From: a virus
Lineage: Duplodnaviria > Heunggongvirae > Uroviricota > Caudoviricetes
Virus record (IMG/VR): IMGVR_UViG_2663762886_000006
DNA length: 7,528 nt
Strand: one strand, 5' to 3'
Shown: positions 1-7,528 of the stretch, in pieces
Layout of the letters: every line of letters begins with the position of its first letter
Position numbering within the stretch: the stretch's first letter is position 1
Program-made: the position numbers and the translations under genes
Notes under the pieces: model-generated
Told to the model about the DNA's origin: nothing
The model's database searches: none
The model's input: the letters and a program-made list of their open reading frames with translations, nothing else

Positions 1-6
1 TGAGGA

Positions 7-1276
7 ATGGGTAAAGGCAGCAGTAAGGGGCATACCCCGCGCGAAGCGAAGGACAACCTGAAGTCCACGCAGCTGCTGAGTGTGATCGATGCCATCAGCG
101 AAGGGCCGGTTGAAGGTCCGGTGGATGGATTAAAAAGCGTGCTGCTGAACAGTACGCCGGTGCTGGACAGTGAGGGGAATACCAACATCTCCGGCGTCAC
201 GGTGGTGTTCCGGGCAGGTGAGCAGGAGCAGTCACCGCCGGAGGGATTTGAATCCTCCGGCTCCGAGACGGTGCTGGGTACGGAAGTGAAATATGACACG
301 CCGATCACCCGGACCATCACGTCGGCAAACATTGACCGACTGCGTTTTACCTTCGGTGTACAGGCACTGGTGGAAACCACCTCAAAGGGAGACAGGAATC
401 CGTCTGAAGTTCGCCTGCTGGTTCAGATACAGCGTAACGGTGGCTGGGTGACGGAAAAAGACATCACCATTAAGGGCAAAACCACCTCGCAGTATCTGGC
501 CTCGGTGGTGGTGGATAACCTGCCGCCGCGCCCGTTTAATATCCGGATGCGCAGAATGACGCCGGACAGCACCACAGACCAGCTGCAGAACAAAACGCTC
601 TGGTCGTCATACACCGAAATCATCGATGTGAAACAGTGCTACCCGAACACTGCACTGGTCGGCGTACAGGTGGACTCGGAGCAGTTCGGCAGCCAGCAGG
701 TGAGTCGTAATTATCATCTTCGCGGGCGCATTCTGCAGGTGCCGTCGAACTATAATCCGCAGACGCGGCAATACAGCGGTATCTGGGACGGAACGTTAAA
801 ACCGGCATACAGCAACAACATGGCCTGGTGTCTGTGGGATATGCTGACCCACCCGCGCTACGGCATGGGGAAACGTCTTGGTGCGGCGGATGTGGACAAA
901 TGGGCGCTGTATGTCATCGGCCAGTACTGCGACCAGTCAGTGCCGGACGGCTTTGGCGGCACGGAGCCGCGCATCACCTGTAATGCGTACCTGACCACAC
1001 AGCGCAAGGCGTGGGATGTGCTCAGTGATTTCTGCTCGGCGATGCGCTGTATGCCGGTATGGAACGGGCAGACGCTGACGTTCGTGCAGGACCGACCGTC
1101 GGATAAGGTGTGGACCTATAACCGCAGTAATGTGGTGATGCCGGATGATGGCGCGCCGTTCCGCTACAGCTTCAGCGCCCTGAAAGACCGCCATAATGCC
1201 GTTGAGGTGAACTGGATTGACCCGGATAACGGCTGGGAGACGGCGACAGAGCTTGTGGAGGATACGCAGGCCATTG
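7..1276 (+). CDS. J: Host specificity / tail tip protein J, N-terminal fragment (codons 1-423), 3'-truncated at the n junction at 1277
   Basis: ATG at 7 directly after a TGA at 1-3. The translation MGKGSSKGHTPREAKDNLKSTQLLSVIDAISEGP... matches the lambda gpJ N-terminus as I recall it, with only a few substitutions. The frame is open to 1276 (...EDTQAI). The listed ORF 7..1407 is an artefact that crosses the n at 1277 into fragment B out of frame. Confidence 0.9.
160..1276 (+). repeat. About 1.1-kb direct repeat of J codons 52-423 (copy 1; copy 2 is 1278-2394), ~98-99% identity
   Basis: By-eye alignment at a constant offset of +1118. About 15 substitutions spotted, several non-synonymous (GGC->AGC Gly->Ser, TAC->TGG Tyr->Trp, CCG->CAG Pro->Gln, ACC->GCC Thr->Ala). 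Confidence 0.9.
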
Positions 1277-1277
1277 N

Positions 1278-4200
1278 GTGCTGGACAGTGAGGGGAATAC
1301 CAACATCTCCGGCGTCACGGTGGTGTTCCGGGCAGGTGAGCAGGAGCAGTCACCGCCGGAGGGATTTGAATCCTCCGGCTCCGAGACGGTGCTGGGTACG
1401 GAAGTGAAATATGACACGCCGATCACCCGGACCATCACGTCGGCAAACATTGACCGACTGCGTTTTACCTTCGGTGTACAGGCACTGGTGGAAACCACCT
1501 CAAAGGGAGACAGGAATCCGTCTGAAGTTCGCCTGCTGGTTCAGATACAGCGTAACGGTGGCTGGGTGACGGAAAAAGACATCACCATTAAGGGCAAAAC
1601 CACCTCGCAGTATCTGGCCTCGGTGGTGGTGGATAACCTGCCGCCGCGCCCGTTTAATATCCGGATGCGCAGAATGACGCCGGACAGCACCACAGACCAG
1701 CTGCAGAACAAAACGCTCTGGTCGTCATACACCGAAATCATCGATGTGAAACAGTGCTACCCGAACACGGCACTGGTCGGCGTACAGGTGGATTCGGAGC
1801 AGTTCGGCAGCCAGCAGGTGAGCCGTAATTATCATCTTCGCGGGCGCATTCTGCAGGTGCCGTCGAACTATAATCCGCAGACGCGGCAATACAGCGGTAT
1901 CTGGGACGGAACGTTAAAACCGGCATACAGCAACAACATGGCCTGGTGTCTGTGGGATATGCTGACCCATCCGCGCTATGGCATGGGGAAACGTCTTGGT
2001 GCGGCAGATGTGGATAAATGGGCGCTGTATGTCATCGGCCAGTACTGTGACCAGTCGGTGCCGGACGGCTTTGGCAGCACGGAGCCGCGCATCACCTGTA
2101 ATGCCTGGCTGACCACACAGCGCAAGGCGTGGGATGTGCTCAGTGATTTCTGCTCGGCGATGCGCTGTATGCCGGTATGGAACGGGCAGACGCTGACGTT
2201 CGTGCAGGACCGACAGTCGGATAAGGTGTGGGCCTATAACCGCAGTAATGTGGTGATGCCGGATGATGGCGCGCCGTTCCGCTACAGTTTCAGCGCCCTG
2301 AAAGACCGCCATAATGCCGTTGAGGTGAACTGGATTGACCCGGATAACGGCTGGGAGACGGCGACAGAGCTTGTGGAGGATACGCAGGCCATTGTCCGTT
2401 ACGGTCGTAACGTCACGAAGATGGATGCTTTTGGCTGTACCAGCCGGGGGCAGGCACACCGCGCCGGGCTGTGGCTGATTAAAACAGAACTGCTGGAAAC
2501 GCAGACCGTGGACTTCAGCGTGGGCGCAGAAGGGCTTCGCCATGTGCCGGGCGATGTCATTGAAATCTGTGATGATGACTATGCGGGTATCAGCATCGGC
2601 GGGCGCGTGCTGGCGGTAAACAGCCAGACCCGGACGCTGACGCTCGACCGTGAAATCACGCTGCCATCCTCCGGCACCACGCTGATAAGCCTGGTTGACG
2701 GGCAGGGGAATCCGGTCAGCGTGGAGGTCCAGTCCGTCACCGACGGCGTGAAGGTAAAAGTGAGCCGTGTTCCTGACGGTGTTGCTGAATACAGCGTGTG
2801 GGGGCTGAAGCTGCCGACGTTGCGCCAGCGCCTGTTCCGCTGTGTGAGTATCCGTGAGAACGATGACGGCACGTATGCCATCACTGCCGTGCAGCATGTA
2901 CCGGAAAAAGAAGCCATCGTGGATAACGGGGCGCACTTTGACGGCGACCAGAGCGGCACGGTGAATGGTGTCACGCCGCCAGCGGTGCAGCACCTGACTG
3001 CCGAAGTCACCGCAGACAGCGGGGAATATCAGGTGCTGGCGCGCTGGGACACGCCGAAGGTGGTGAAGGGCGTGAGCTTTATGCTTCGCCTGACCGTGGC
3101 AGCGGATGACGGCAGTGAGCGGCTGGTCAGCACGGCCCGGACGACGGAAACCACTTACCGCTTCACACAACTGGCGCTGGGGAACTACAGGCTGACAGTC
3201 CGGGCAGTAAATGCGTGGGGGCAGCAGGGCGATCCGGCGTCGGTATCGTTCCGGATTGCCGCACCGGCAGCGCTGTCGCGGATTGAGCTGACGCCGGGCT
3301 ATTTTCAGATAACCGCCACGCCGCATCTTGCGGTTTATGATCCGACGGTACAGTTTGAGTTCTGGTTCTCGGAAAAGCGGATTGCGGATATCAGGCAGGT
3401 TGAAACCACAGCACGCTATCTTGGCACGGCGCTGTACTGGATAGCCGCCAGTATCAATATCAAACCGGGCCATGATTATTACTTTTATATCCGCAGTGTG
3501 AACACCGTTGGCAAATCGGCATTCGTGGAGGCTGTTGGTCAGCCGAGTGATGATGCATCCGGTTATCTGGATTTTTTCAAAGGCGAGATAGGGAAAACCC
3601 ATCTGGCTCAGGAGCTGTGGACGCAGATTGATAACGGTCAGCTTGCGCCTGACCTGGCTGAAATCAGGACGTCCATTACGGATGTCAGCAATGAAATCAC
3701 GCAGACCGTCAATAAGAAACTGGAAGACCAGAGTGCGGCAATTCAGCAGATACAGAAGGTTCAGGTTGATACAAATAATAACCTGAACAGCATGTGGGCT
3801 GTGAAGCTGCAGCAGATGCAGGACGGACGCCTTTATATCGCGGGTATTGGTGCCGGTATTGAGAACACCCCTGACGGCATGCAGAGTCAGGTGCTGCTGG
3901 CGGCGGACAGGATTGCGATGGTTAATCCTGCGAATGGCAACACAAAACCGATGTTTGTTGGTCAGGGCGATCAGATATTCATGAACGACGTGTTCCTGAA
4001 ACGCCTGACGGCCCCCACCATTACCAGCGGTGGAAATCCATCGGCATTTTCCCTGACTCCGGACGGAAAGCTGACCGCTAAAAATGCGGATATCAGTGGC
4101 AGTGTGAATGCGAACGCCGGGACGCTCAACAATGTCACGGTAAATGAAAACTGTACGATTAAGGGCATGCTGGAGGCGACTCAGGTCAGAGGTGACTTCG

Positions 4201-4622
4201 TTAAAGCTGTATCCAAATCATTTCCGAAACAGGCTGGTACGTGGGGTAACACGGAAACACCAAACGGGACGGTTACAGTCACCATAAGCGATGATCATAA
4301 CTTTGACCGCCAGATTATTATTCCGCCCATTATTTTTAACGGTATAGCGTATGACGATCCGGGGAGCGGAAATAACCCAGGAGGCACGCGATACACGGGT
4401 TATGGTTTTGAAGTTCGCAAAAACGGCGTATTAATCGCATCCAGAGAAACTAAAGGTGCCATTCCCGGTAGTTACAGTGCAGTTATTGATATGCCTAGTG
4501 GTGGTGGTAGCGTCACTCTGGAGTTTAAGATTTTCCAGAAAGGCAATCAGGGGGCAGGCAATATCACCGACTGTACGGTGATTGTGACCAAAAAAGCGGC
4601 TTCCGGCATCAGTATTCGTTGA
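1278..4622 (+). CDS. J: Host specificity / tail tip protein J, 5'-truncated (begins at the equivalent of codon 52), complete to the TGA stop; conserved N-terminal and FN3-like middle regions, non-lambda C-terminal receptor-binding region
   Basis: The 1114-codon open frame starts immediately after the n at 1277. Its first ~1.1 kb repeats 160-1276 at ~98-99% identity. The middle region matches lambda J from memory (e.g. [67 protein letters not shown]). The C-terminus (...GISIR) differs from lambda (...GISVV). The GTG at 1278 is not a real start; it aligns to Val52 of fragment A. Confidence 0.9.
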   Translation: MLDSEGNTNISGVTVVFRAGEQEQSPPEGFESSGSETVLGTEVKYDTPITRTITSANIDRLRFTFGVQALVETTSKGDRNPSEVRLLVQIQRNGGWVTEKDITIKGKTTSQYLASVVVDNLPPRPFNIRMRRMTPDSTTDQLQNKTLWSSYTEIIDVKQCYPNTALVGVQVDSEQFGSQQVSRNYHLRGRILQVPSNYNPQTRQYSGIWDGTLKPAYSNNMAWCLWDMLTHPRYGMGKRLGAADVDKWALYVIGQYCDQSVPDGFGSTEPRITCNAWLTTQRKAWDVLSDFCSAMRCMPVWNGQTLTFVQDRQSDKVWAYNRSNVVMPDDGAPFRYSFSALKDRHNAVEVNWIDPDNGWETATELVEDTQAIVRYGRNVTKMDAFGCTSRGQAHRAGLWLIKTELLETQTVDFSVGAEGLRHVPGDVIEICDDDYAGISIGGRVLAVNSQTRTLTLDREITLPSSGTTLISLVDGQGNPVSVEVQSVTDGVKVKVSRVPDGVAEYSVWGLKLPTLRQRLFRCVSIRENDDGTYAITAVQHVPEKEAIVDNGAHFDGDQSGTVNGVTPPAVQHLTAEVTADSGEYQVLARWDTPKVVKGVSFMLRLTVAADDGSERLVSTARTTETTYRFTQLALGNYRLTVRAVNAWGQQGDPASVSFRIAAPAALSRIELTPGYFQITATPHLAVYDPTVQFEFWFSEKRIADIRQVETTARYLGTALYWIAASINIKPGHDYYFYIRSVNTVGKSAFVEAVGQPSDDASGYLDFFKGEIGKTHLAQELWTQIDNGQLAPDLAEIRTSITDVSNEITQTVNKKLEDQSAAIQQIQKVQVDTNNNLNSMWAVKLQQMQDGRLYIAGIGAGIENTPDGMQSQVLLAADRIAMVNPANGNTKPMFVGQGDQIFMNDVFLKRLTAPTITSGGNPSAFSLTPDGKLTAKNADISGSVNANAGTLNNVTVNENCTIKGMLEATQVRGDFVKAVSKSFPKQAGTWGNTETPNGTVTVTISDDHNFDRQIIIPPIIFNGIAYDDPGSGNNPGGTRYTGYGFEVRKNGVLIASRETKGAIPGSYSAVIDMPSGGGSVTLEFKIFQKGNQGAGNITDCTVIVTKKAASGISIR

Positions 4623-4644
4623 AATATTTATAACCCCAATAAAT

Positions 4645-4668
4645 GGCGTCAGGAATGACGCCTTTTTT
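4645..4668 (+). terminator. Rho-independent terminator downstream of J
   Basis: Perfect 7-bp stem GGCGTCA (4645-4651) / TGACGCC (4656-4662) with a GGAA loop, followed by TTTTTT (4663-4668), 23 nt after the J stop codon. Confidence 0.75.
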
Positions 4669-4681
4669 ATTGCAGAAAAGC

Positions 4682-4687
4682 GAGAGG
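4682..4687 (+). promoter_or_regulatory. Shine-Dalgarno-like GAGAGG, 5 nt upstream of the ATG at 4693
   Basis: Purine-rich GAGAGG with 5-nt spacing to the ATG; position is appropriate for the downstream gene start. Confidence 0.5.
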
Positions 4688-4692
4688 TAATT

Positions 4693-4699
4693 ATGCGTA
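4693..4699 (+). CDS. First 7 nt (ATG CGT A) of the gene downstream of J, truncated by nn at 4700-4701; possibly lom-like (outer membrane protein) by position and first two codons only
   Basis: ATG preceded by an SD and a terminator. In lambda the gene after J is lom, which I recall beginning ATGCGTAAT (Met-Arg-Asn). Only two codons are visible, so the identity is weak inference. Confidence 0.3.
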
Positions 4700-4701
4700 N
4701 N

Positions 4702-6295
4702 TCAGGTGCTGGCGCGCTGGGACACGCCGAAGGTGGTGAAGGGGGTGAGCTTTATGCTTCGCCTGACCGTGGCAGCGGATGACGGCAGTGAGCGGCTGGT
4801 CAGCACGGCCCGGACGACGGAAACCACATACCGCTTCACGCAACTGGCGCTGGGACGGTACACGCTGACAGTCCGGGCGGTAAATGCCTGGGGACAGCAG
4901 GGCGATCCGGCGTCGGTATCGTTCAGGATTGCCGCACCGGTAGCACCGTCGCGGATTGAGCTGACGCCGGGCTATTTTCAGATAACTGCCACGCCGCATC
5001 TTGCGGTTTATGATCCGACGGTACAGTTTGAGTTCTGGTTCTCGGAAAAGCGGATTGCGGATATCAGGCAGGTTGAAACCACAGCACGCTATCTTGGCAC
5101 GGCGCTGTACTGGATAGCCGCCAGTATCAATATCAAACCGGGCCATGATTATTACTTTTATATCCGCAGTGTGAACACCGTTGGCAAATCGGCATTCGTG
5201 GAGGCTGTTGGTCAGCCGAGTGATGATGCATCCGGTTATCTGGATTTTTTCAAAGGCGAGATAGGGAAAACCCATCTGGCTCAGGAGCTGTGGACGCAGA
5301 TTGATAACGGTCAGCTTGCGCCTGACCTGGCTGAAATCAGGACGTCCATTACGGATGTCAGCAATGAAATCACGCAGACCGTCAATAAGAAACTGGAAGA
5401 CCAGAGTGCGGCAATTCAGCAGATACAGAAGGTTCAGGTTGATACAAATAATAACCTGAACAGCATGTGGGCTGTGAAGCTGCAGCAGATGCAGGACGGA
5501 CGCCTTTATATCGCGGGTATTGGTGCCGGTATTGAGAACACCCCTGACGGCATGCAGAGTCAGGTGCTGCTGGCGGCGGACAGGATTGCGATGGTTAATC
5601 CTGCGAATGGCAACACAAAACCGATGTTTGTTGGTCAGGGCGATCAGATATTCATGAACGACGTGTTCCTGAAACGCCTGACGGCCCCCACCATTACCAG
5701 CGGTGGAAATCCATCGGCATTTTCCCTGACTCCGGACGGAAAGCTGACCGCTAAAAATGCGGATATCAGTGGCAGTGTGAATGCGAACGCCGGGACGCTC
5801 AACAATGTCACGGTAAATGAAAACTGTACGATTAAGGGCATGCTGGAGGCGACTCAGGTCAGAGGTGACTTCGTTAAAGCTGTATCCAAATCATTTCCGA
5901 AACAGGCTGGTACGTGGGGTAACACGGAAACACCAAACGGGACGGTTACAGTCACCATAAGCGATGATCATAACTTTGACCGCCAGATTATTATTCCGCC
6001 CATTATTTTTAACGGTATAGCGTATGACGATCCGGGGAGCGGAAATAACCCAGGAGGCACGCGATACACGGGTTATGGTTTTGAAGTTCGCAAAAACGGC
6101 GTATTAATCGCATCCAGAGAAACTAAAGGTGCCATTCCCGGTAGTTACAGTGCAGTTATTGATATGCCTAGTGGTGGTGGTAGCGTCACTCTGGAGTTTA
6201 AGATTTTCCAGAAAGGCAATCAGGGGGCAGGCAATATCACCGACTGTACGGTGATTGTGACCAAAAAAGCGGCTTCCGGCATCAGTATTCGTTGA
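4702..6295 (+). CDS. J: Host specificity protein J, C-terminal fragment (about 531 codons, codon phase starts at 4703), second copy of the J 3' end with stop
   Basis: By eye, identical to 3029-4622 from about 5000 onward; the 5' ~300 nt carries about ten substitutions relative to fragment B and instead matches fragment D. Same TGA stop context (...[10 protein letters not shown]). Confidence 0.88.
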
Positions 6296-6317
6296 AATAT
6301 TTATAACCCCAATAAAT

Positions 6318-6341
6318 GGCGTCAGGAATGACGCCTTTTTT
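6318..6341 (+). terminator. Rho-independent terminator, second copy
   Basis: Identical hairpin GGCGTCA-GGAA-TGACGCC plus TTTTTT; same offset (+1673) as the rest of the B/C repeat. Confidence 0.75.
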
Positions 6342-6354
6342 ATTGCAGAAAAGC

Positions 6355-6360
6355 GAGAGG
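6355..6360 (+). promoter_or_regulatory. Shine-Dalgarno-like GAGAGG, second copy, 5 nt upstream of the ATG at 6366
   Basis: Same sequence and spacing as 4682-4687. Confidence 0.5.
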
Positions 6361-6365
6361 TAATT

Positions 6366-6372
6366 ATGCGTA
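6366..6372 (+). CDS. First 7 nt (ATGCGTA) of the downstream gene, second copy, truncated by the N run
   Basis: Identical to 4693-4699 and cut at the same nucleotide. Confidence 0.3.
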
Positions 6373-6390
6373 NNNNNNNNNNNNNNNNNN
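6373..6390. other. Assembly gap (18 N); two further ambiguous junctions lie at 1277 (n) and 4700-4701 (nn)
   Basis: Runs of n in the sequence; the flanking sequence is non-collinear (J restarts upstream on the right-hand side of each junction). Confidence 0.95.
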
Positions 6391-7528
6391 CAGCACGGCC
6401 CGGACGACGGAAACCACATACCGCTTCACGCAACTGGCGCTGGGACGGTACACGCTGACAGTCCGGGCGGTAAATGCCTGGGGACAGCAGGGCGATCCGG
6501 CGTCGGTATCGTTCAGGATTGCCGCACCGGTAGCACCGTCGCGGATTGAGCTGACGCCGGGCTATTTTCAGATAACTGCCACGCCGCATCTTGCGGTTTA
6601 TGATCCGACGGTACAGTTTGAGTTCTGGTTCTCGGAAACGCGGATTACCGATATCAGGCAGGTTGAAACCACAGCCCGCTACCTTGGCGCGGGGCTGTAC
6701 TGGATAGCCGCCAGTATCAATATCAAACCGGGCCATGATTATTACTTTTATATCCGCAGTGTGAACACCGTTGGCAAATCGGCATTCGTGGAGGCCGTCG
6801 GTCGGGCGAGCGATGATGCGGAAGGTTACCTGGATTTTTTCAAAGGCAAGATAACCGAATCCCATCTCGGTAAAGAGCTGCTGGAAAAAGTTGATCTGAC
6901 GGAGGATAACGCCAGCAGACTGGATGAGTTTTCGAAAGAGTGGAAGGACGCTAACGATAAATGGAATGCGATGTGGGGCGTCAAAATTGAGCAGACCAAA
7001 GACGGCAAACATTATGTCGCGGGTATTGGCCTCAGCATGGAGGACACGGAGGAAGGCAAGCTGAGCCAGTTTCTGGTTGCCGCCAATCGTATCGCGTTTA
7101 TTGACCCGGCAAACGGGAATGAAACGCCGATGTTTGTGGCGCAGGGCAACCAGATATTCATGAACGACGTGTTCCTGAAGCGCCTGACAGCCCCCGCCAT
7201 TACCAGCGGTGGCAGTCCTCCGGTATTTTCCCTGACATCAGACGGAAAGCTGACCGCTAAAAATGCGGATATCAGTGGTAGTGTGAATGCGAACTCAGGA
7301 ACGCTCAACAATGTCACGATTAACCAGAACTGTACGATTAAGGGCATGCTGGAGGCGACCCAGGTCAGAGGGGATTTCGTTAAAGCTGTATCAAAAGCCT
7401 TCCCGAAAAAAGTCGGTACGTGGGGTAACACGGAAACACCAGACGGTACGGTTACAGTCACCATCAGCGATGATCATAACTTTGACCGCCAGATTATTAT
7501 TCCGCCCATTATTTTTAACGGTATAGCG
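6391..7528 (+). CDS. J: Host specificity protein J, internal/C-terminal fragment of a third, mosaic allele (codon phase starts at 6392; truncated at both ends by the N run and the window edge)
   Basis: My own translation from 6392 is open to 7528: [46 protein letters not shown]...[117 protein letters not shown]...[53 protein letters not shown]. The central part matches lambda J from memory. This frame is not in the supplied ORF track. Confidence 0.85.

Larger units (their letters stand above)
3029..4699 (+). repeat. About 1.67-kb direct repeat covering the J 3' end, terminator and downstream gene start (copy 1; copy 2 is 4702-6372)
   Basis: By-eye alignment at a constant offset of +1673; both copies end in ATGCGTA followed by N. 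Confidence 0.9.

Noticed and set aside
2-6. GAGGA at 2-6 as the ribosome-binding site for J.
   Set aside because: Only 0-1 nt separates it from the ATG at 7, too close for a functional Shine-Dalgarno. The real site is presumably upstream of the window.
1278-1280. GTG at 1278 and GTG at 4706 as genuine alternative start codons of shorter J isoforms.
   Set aside because: Both align to internal Val codons of J (Val52; Val in ...EYQVLARW...) and sit immediately after N junctions. They are where the ORF finder restarts, not biological starts.
7-1407. Track ORF 7..1407 as a 466-aa protein.
   Set aside because: It crosses the n at 1277 and continues out of frame into fragment B. The real coding segment is 7-1276 (J codons 1-423); the last ~43 residues are a junction artefact.
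1914-3602. Long antisense ORFs inside J (562 aa at 1914-3602, 302 aa at 6104-7012, 194 aa at 4691-5275, all on the minus strand), plus shorter ones at 423-623, 620-808, 1541-1741 and 1738-1926.
   Set aside because: They lie entirely within, and antisense to, a confidently identified conserved J coding sequence. They recur in every J copy as mirror images, have Arg/Cys/His-rich low-complexity translations typical of the reverse strand of GC-rich genes, and have no ribosome-binding site context. Spurious.
7287-7526. Track ORF 7287..7526 (+), 79 aa, [13 protein letters not shown]...
   Set aside because: Out of frame within the J coding region of fragment D (J runs in the frame starting at 6392). 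Arg/Ser-rich translation with no independent support.
4702-7528. Diversity-generating retroelement (template repeat / variable repeat pair) acting on the J C-terminus.
   Set aside because: The differences between the near-identical copies are not adenine-specific (C/G, T/C and multi-base changes occur), the repeats are kb-scale rather than ~100-150 bp, and no reverse transcriptase ORF is present in the window.
1-7528. CRISPR array or other short-repeat locus suggested by the repetitive structure.
   Set aside because: The repeats are 1.1-1.7 kb protein-coding segments of a single gene, with no short direct repeats separated by unique spacers.

Overview
This window is the tail-tip region of a lambdoid (lambda-like) phage or prophage, and it consists almost entirely of four collinear but non-contiguous fragments of the same gene: the host-specificity / central tail fibre protein J (lambda gpJ homologue; the N-terminus MGKGSSKGHTPREAKDNLKSTQLLSVIDAISEGP is recognisable from memory). 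The fragments are joined at N-containing junctions (n at 1277, nn at 4700-4701, 18 N at 6373-6390), and each one restarts at an earlier point in J. Fragment A (7-1276) is J codons 1-423. Fragment B (1278-4622) is J codons 52 to the stop. Fragment C (4702-6295) is a second copy of the 3' ~1.6 kb of J. Fragment D (6391-7528) is a third, mosaic copy of the 3' region running off the window end. Both complete 3' ends (B and C) are followed by the same rho-independent terminator and the first 7 nt (ATGCGTA) of a downstream gene, and both are cut at exactly the same nucleotide by Ns. The most economical reading is a scaffold or collapsed-repeat assembly of two or three closely related J alleles from different lambdoid prophages, not a real tandem array. 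The biologically interesting content is the J C-terminal receptor-binding region: it is not lambda-type (lambda J ends ...GISVV, here ...GISIR with a different ~300 aa domain), and allele D is a mosaic of a lambda-type module and this alternative C-terminus. I see no evidence for a novel multi-gene system (no defence genes, CRISPR, integrase, toxin-antitoxin or RNA genes). All identity estimates are by-eye alignments, not computed.
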